Source: Octopus vulgaris (lineage: Eukaryota). From it: a stretch of DNA of 64,000 bases. Below are positions 57,761-64,000 of this stretch, one piece after another (position 1 is the stretch's first letter; every line of letters starts with the position of its first letter). The notes under the pieces were generated by a model, which searched no databases, was not told where the DNA came from, and worked only from the letters and a program-made list of their open reading frames with translations. The stretch is from NCBI GenBank assembly GCA_951406725.2, contig OX597828.1, forward strand, positions 11,036,001 to 11,100,000. Direction: 5' to 3'. Made by a program: the position numbers and the translations under genes.

Positions 57761-58521
57761 CTAATCGAAAAGAAAACACACTATACAGCTAAGCTAAAGT
57801 AGATTTAAATTAATCCACTACGGTAAGATGGCTGCGCTTATGCTACCATATACATACCGAAGTCCCTAGTGTTAGCTGTTATATACTACGAGGTGGCCGC
57901 TCGAGCTTGATCGAACACCATCTCTGTTATATGGCTCAGATATGTGCATCTACATTTATTGGGGCAGGAATATATTCATTTTTGGCTGTGTCTCTATGGG
58001 CAGACCTGAAGGCATGTAGAAAGGCTGTGCAGAAAAGGCACTGGATAAACGTGCTTATATTCTAAATTTACTTTTGAAATTTCAAAATTAATTAAAAGTG
58101 ATTTTTCATAAATCAAATTTATATTAATGGGATGTAGGTAATTTTAACTTGTGTGTATCTGATATGCTTTTATAATTACTGTTGTATTGAATAACTATTG
58201 ATAGATCTAGATTAGCAGCAGTCAGTGCTACTCGTATTATCACCAATCAAAATCTACGTTACTTAAGGTGAGCCTGGTAACTGATGGTTTTGGAGTTTTA
58301 TTGTTTGTAACATTAGGTGAGTCATGGTGCAACCAACAAGATGGTAAAAATCCCTGCCACTAATTTAGGTAATATCAAATAATCCAATCACAACATATAT
58401 TTAAATTAAACATGAAAAAAACTTGAAATATTATCATTACTTACATGGTAAAATTAAAATATTATCTTTCAGTATTTTATAAGTTAAATCTTATATTATT
58501 AATTGACACATTACTCTTTTT

Positions 58522-58914
58522 TTTTACTTGTTTCATTCATTTGACTGCGGCCATGCTGGAGCACCGCCTTTAGTCGAGCAAATCGACCCCGGGACTTATT
58601 CTTTGTAAGCCCAGTACTTATTCTATCGGTCTCTTTTGCCGAACCGCTAAGTAACGGGGACATAAACACACCAGCATCGGTTGTCAAGCAATGCTAGGGG
58701 GACAAACACAGGTACACAAACACACACACATACACATATATGCATATATATATACATATATACGACAGGCTTCTTTCAGTTTCCGTCTACCAAATCCACT
58801 CACAAGGCATTGGTCGGCTCGGGGCTATAGCAGAAGACACTTGCCCAAGATGCCACACAGTGGGACTGAACCCGGAACCATGTGGTTGGTTACCACACAG
58901 CCACTCCTGCGCCT
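58522..58914 (-). mobile_element. SINE family A
   Basis: High identity to other family A copies. Confidence 0.92.
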
Positions 58915-58939
58915 ATTAATTATTAATTATCTTATAATA

Positions 58940-59540
58940 GCACTGCCTGGAAAAATCATGGACTCCATAGAAAATTGCGAGTATGAAAAGTAATATTCTT
59001 AGGATTATAAACCTGGAAAAGTATAGGACAAGTTATTTCACTTGGAAAAGTATAGGACAAGTTATTTCACTTGGAAAAGTATAGGACAAGTTATTTCACT
59101 TGGAAAAGTATAGGACAAGCTATTACTTCTACTAAAGTGAAGAATAAAAAACTTTTACTTAAACTATTGCAACTAAAATTAAAATTTGAATATTAAAAAT
59201 TATTTTATTATGTTATAGTTTACAAATAACACTACGTATTTAAATAGAATTTGGCTAATTTACTACCTTAAATGCAGATAAAAGTGACTAATTAGACAAA
59301 CTTACAAATTAGCTGAACAGTTTTGTACAATAAATTAAAAAGATGAGAACTGTAAAGAGTGATGAATTAGAAGAACTGGCATTCTTTGCTACAATATTTA
59401 AAGTAAAAAGTTTCTTATTCCTAACTTTACTAGAAGTAATAGCTTGTCCTGTACTTTTACTGGTGTAATAACTTATCCTGTACTTCTCCAGGTTTATAAT
59501 CTTAAGAATATTACTTTTCATGCTCGCATTTTTCCATGTA
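58940..59540. mobile_element. Foldback/non-autonomous DNA element with long inverted arms and 29-bp subterminal tandem repeats
   Basis: 58965-59180 is inverted against 59385-59538; (cttggaaaagtataggacaagttatttca) about 3.7 copies in the left arm and about 2 in the right; left end CACTG. Confidence 0.7.
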
Positions 59541-60263
59541 ATATATGTATGTGTGTATGTATGTATGTATGTACGTATGTATACGATAGAAGCAGTATCA
59601 ATACAAAAGACGATCTTTACATCCAACTTAACAACGATTTGTTAGTAAACTGAATACTGTGTCCTTACCTTGACACGATCTTTCATGTGGAAGCATGATG
59701 TATAAAATCACTCACATTTATATCGTTGGCAGACGAGAATCATTAGCTACGGGTGTCGAAACAACCAGTTCACGTTATTTCTACCTTTCTCCGTCTCGTC
59801 AGTGGCAGACATGTTGTATGCTACATAACAGCCGAATTTTTCTCTCAACTATATATAGAATTTCAGTGCTGTCGCAAGTAGGCAAGCAGGCTTATTAAAC
59901 AATAATAGCGACAGAAGCAGTTAATACTGCTTCTGTGGTATTGATATACCTCATCGCAGAAGATGAACAAATGTTCAAAAAACAGTGATACAAAATACAC
60001 GCACATACATATACACATACATATTAAACATATATACATACATACAGCCAAGCATATTCACAGACAAATAAAGAGAGAGTGAGAAAGAAAGAGAGATTTT
60101 AAAAAGTGAAGAGATATGGAAAAGGAAATATAGAGTTCTATGCCTATTATAAGCATCATGCAGTATGTTTAAAGAGGTTTGATATGGTGTTTAATAAGAT
60201 TATTAATGCGGGTTCTGAACCTCTGTTTACAATGATTTATCTTCATTAGAAGTGAGCAATCTT

Positions 60264-61063
60264 ATTTCTTTATTGTTCACAAGGGGCTAAAGACAGAAGG
60301 GACAAATAAGGACAGACAAAGGGATGAAGTCGATTATATCGACCCCAGTGCGTAACTGGTACTTAATTTATCGACCCCGAAAGGATGAAAGGCAAAGTCG
60401 ACCTCGGCGGAATTTGAACCCAGAAGGTAACGACAGACGAAATACCTATTTCTATTTCTTTACAACCCACAAGGGGCTAAACACAGAGAGGACAAACAAG
60501 GACAGACAAAGGGATTAAGTCGATTATATCGACCCCAGTGCGTAACTGGTACTTAATTTATCGACCCCGAAAGGATGAAAGGCAAAGTCGACCTCGGCGG
60601 AATTTGAACCCAGAAGGTAACGACAGACGAAATACCTATTTCTATTTCTTTACAACCCACAAGGGGCTAAACACAGAGAGGACAAACAAGGACAGACAAA
60701 GGGATTAAGTCGATTATATCGACCCCAGTGCGTAACTGGTACTTAATTTATCGACCCCGAAAGGATGAAAGGCAAAGTCGACCTCGGCGGAATTTGAACT
60801 CAAAACGTAGCGGCATACGAGATACCTATTTCTTTACTACCCACAAGGGGTTAAACACAGAAGGGACAAACAAGGACAGACCTAGGGATTAAGTCGATTA
60901 CATCGTCCCCAGTGCATCACTGGTACTTAATTTATCAACCCAGAAAGGATGAAAGGTAAAGTGGACCTCGGCTGAATTTGAACTCAAAACGCAGCGGCGG
61001 ACGAAATACCACAAAGCATTTCGCCCGGCGTGCTAACGTTTCTGCCAGCTCGCCGCCTTCTAT
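60264..61063 (-). mobile_element. SINE family B concatemer: one head plus four 184-190-bp body units
   Basis: aagggg(c/t)taa anchors at 60281, 60471, 60661 and about 60845; 12-bp direct repeat gtgagcaatctt at 60252-60263 and 61064-61075. Confidence 0.93.
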
Positions 61064-61946
61064 GTGAGCAATCTTGTAGCTTTGTTACTCATCAGTATTT
61101 TATACTGTTTTCCCATAGCATAAAACTGTTTCGTCTATTTTAAAAATCTTCGTAGCAGTGAATGCTTATATTAAATCCGAATTATATTGAAGTCAAGATC
61201 TTAATCCCATCAATTAATCCCCGCCCCAGTTTCTCGTAACCGTTTGTTTATACAGTGGGATTAAAGTTCTTATACAATATAAGAAGAATTGGTTTTCTTT
61301 TCAGCTGTAACAAAACCGCTTTTTGTTATGTAATCTAAACTTCCATCTTTTTTGCCTACGAAGCTAGGATAAAATGTCATTATTTTTACAGTCGTATAAA
61401 TTAAAAGACATAATAATCAGAGAGAGGCTCTTGTGAGGATTGAAATACAATGAAAGAAAAAGACCTAGCGGATGTTATTCTGGACAATGACATGTATAAA
61501 AATTCATTGGTTAGTGCACGCCTGTCATGGAGCGAAGAGTCGAGAGACCGGTGAAATTGCTTGTCATAGTGACGAATCTTTGCTCAAATCGAGATTAGTG
61601 TTTCATATATTTTATTTTTTCCTTGTATGTTTCAGTTATCTTGACAGATGATCAAGCGTTCACACAGAATAATGCACAGAGTTAGACCAAAACACTTGAA
61701 ATAATAGTGACAGACGAGACAAGTAAAATATATGAAGACACCTAAAGAACAGCGAGATGAGAGAGAAGAAGACATCAAAAATGTTATGAGACACAAGGAA
61801 GGATGGAGAGAGGGGGAAAGAGAGAGAGAGAGGGGGAGGAAGGAGTGAAACACTGGAAATCAAAGATAGAGAAGAGTAGACGTTGAGAAAAAAGACAGAG
61901 GGGGAGAAAAATATTTTGTGCATGTGTGTGCCTGTGTGTGTATGTC

Positions 61947-62009
<63 letters not shown>

Positions 62010-62286
62010 TTTATTTGTGTGTGTGTGTGTACAATAGAAACAGAAATAATGTTTTGAAGAAATGGCTTCAGAAGAGCTGAAAAATAAACAAAAGACAAAT
62101 AGTAGCAAGGTTAACAGAGTTTTGTTTTGAAAAGCACACACATGTACATACATACATGTGTGTGTGCGTATGTGTGTCTGTGTGCGTGCGTGTGTGTATT
62201 TGTATATATATATATGTGTGTGTGTGTGTGCCTGTGCGTGTGTATACATATGTAATATAACTATTTCTACGTAACTATAGTTACTG

Positions 62287-62342
<56 letters not shown>

Positions 62343-63781
62343 GTAAATATACACCTATACACCAGGCATACACACATACACACACATCTAGTAAAATTTG
62401 AACGTTTGTATTTGTACATACTTATATAAGGTATACATGATATAAACTGCATTTGAATGTATGTGCTATCGTCTTGAGACTTAAATCGAATTCGTCTAAT
62501 ATTTAGGAAATTTTATTCGAACCGTGCAAATACAACTCACCTAATGGTTAATTGCCTCATGTTAAAAATCATACAAATTCTGAAAGAACTAATATTAGAG
62601 CCAATTTTCTACGGTTTTCATTCTCTCACAGGTAATTGTATGTATTTCGAAGAAATTAATCTTAATTCTTGATCTAAGTAGGTATCTTGGGATGATGGCT
62701 GTAGATTTTGAACAGAAGAACTTTATATTTCTTCTTCTTATAATCTAAATCTTAGTTGGCTTATTTTGTCACTCACTTCAAAACAACAAGCTAGTCATCG
62801 GTCGTTGTTTTTAGATACGTTCGTATTACAACCATTCGGGTCAGTTCTCCGATCTGAGTATAACTGCAACGGTGCTTCTCAACAAACTCCGACACCCTGA
62901 AAAGGAACATCAGTCCCGCATCTCTATCTCTTAGCATGCCATTAATTAAAGGAGCTGCAATCGGTAAATCTTTCCATACAACTGGAAAATACAATAATAC
63001 ACATTTCGCGATTTCGCGTGTAGCTAGATGACCTTGTGGTTAAGATGGTTGGCTAACGAACAAAAGATCGTTATTTTAATTCCTTGATCGAACGGCGTGT
63101 GGTATCCTTATGCAAAAACTTCACTTCAGGCTGTTTCGATCTTTTCAGTTTCAAATGAATACATGTCAGGGGTTGATGCAGGTCTCGGTATCTCTCTCTC
63201 TCCATCTAGATGTGCCGCCTTATTGTGCTGCCTAGTTGTGTCGCCAGGTAAGAGGTGAGGGAATGAAGAACACATCTACCTCTACTCGAGAATACATGAG
63301 CACTTGAAGCAATTAACGGAAACATAGCACATATTCTTTCTACTCTAGGTACAAGGCCCAACATTTTGAGGGAAGAGGACCAGTCGATTAGATCGACCCC
63401 AAAATGATGGAACTGAAAGAAAAAGAGCATTGAGTCATTTATGAAGTTATATTTCTTGTATTATTTTCATTCAAACATATTATTATGTTCATTATAAAGT
63501 CCGTTATGAATGTATTTGTTGTTAAAAATTAACTGTCGCATTAAATGAATGTTTGTTTTTGCATTTTTATAAGACGTACCTAATAATTTAGGACGGTAAA
63601 AATGACGCCTATTAACAAAAATGGCCAGTGTTTCTTTACGCATGGGTGGATCAGACTTATTTTAGTACAGTACATGCAGATGGGTGTTATCATCATACGG
63701 TGAAAAGATATCTGTATTTGAACGAATAAATACTCGGTTATTGCAAAAAGACTGAGCTGCCTAATAGTTTGACATGCAGTG

Positions 63782-63784
<3 letters not shown>

Positions 63785-63813
<29 letters not shown>

Positions 63814-64000
63814 CATACAAATATACATACATAAATACATACATACATACACACGTACATACATACGTACATACATACATACATACATACATACATACAT
63901 ACATACATACATACATACATACATACATACATACATACATACATACATACATACATACATACATACATACATACATACATACATACATACATAAATACAT
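63785..64000. repeat. (TACA)n microsatellite
   Basis: Direct observation. Confidence 0.95.

Noticed and set aside
59010-59120. 29-bp repeats that superficially resemble a CRISPR array
   Set aside because: Head-to-tail with no spacers, no cas genes, eukaryotic context; part of a foldback element
62777-62982. Possible minus-strand exon (ttccag acceptor, gtgagt donor, 67-aa ORF); similar candidates near 50696-50748 and 62541-62579
   Set aside because: No recognisable homology or consistent multi-exon frame; splice-like motifs are expected by chance; needs RNA-seq

Overview
AT-rich, microsatellite-dense animal DNA with no host protein-coding gene I can support. The SINE families and (TA)n/(TACA)n/(TAA)n load resemble coleoid cephalopod (Octopus-like) genomes; this is an inference from memory, not a database result. 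The window is a mosaic of three tRNA-derived SINE families, decayed Tc1/mariner copies, LINE relics (RTE, CR1-like, R4/Dong, Tx1-like), Penelope-like (PLE) GIY-YIG/RT relics, and a MITE family carrying TTAGGG repeats. The main hidden signal is a set of minimal type-I hammerhead ribozyme motifs (CUGANGA...GAAA-palindrome-UH) in about six unrelated short, ORF-less elements, mostly next to microsatellites. Five loci are divergent inverted repeats. One is a near-identical direct repeat whose two hammerheads would release a 557-nt RNA monomer (retrozyme-like). One hammerhead lies just downstream of a PLE GIY-YIG ORF, linking the set to Penelope-like retroelements. Most ORFs in the supplied track are microsatellite or SINE artefacts. 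Element boundaries were read by eye and are approximate.
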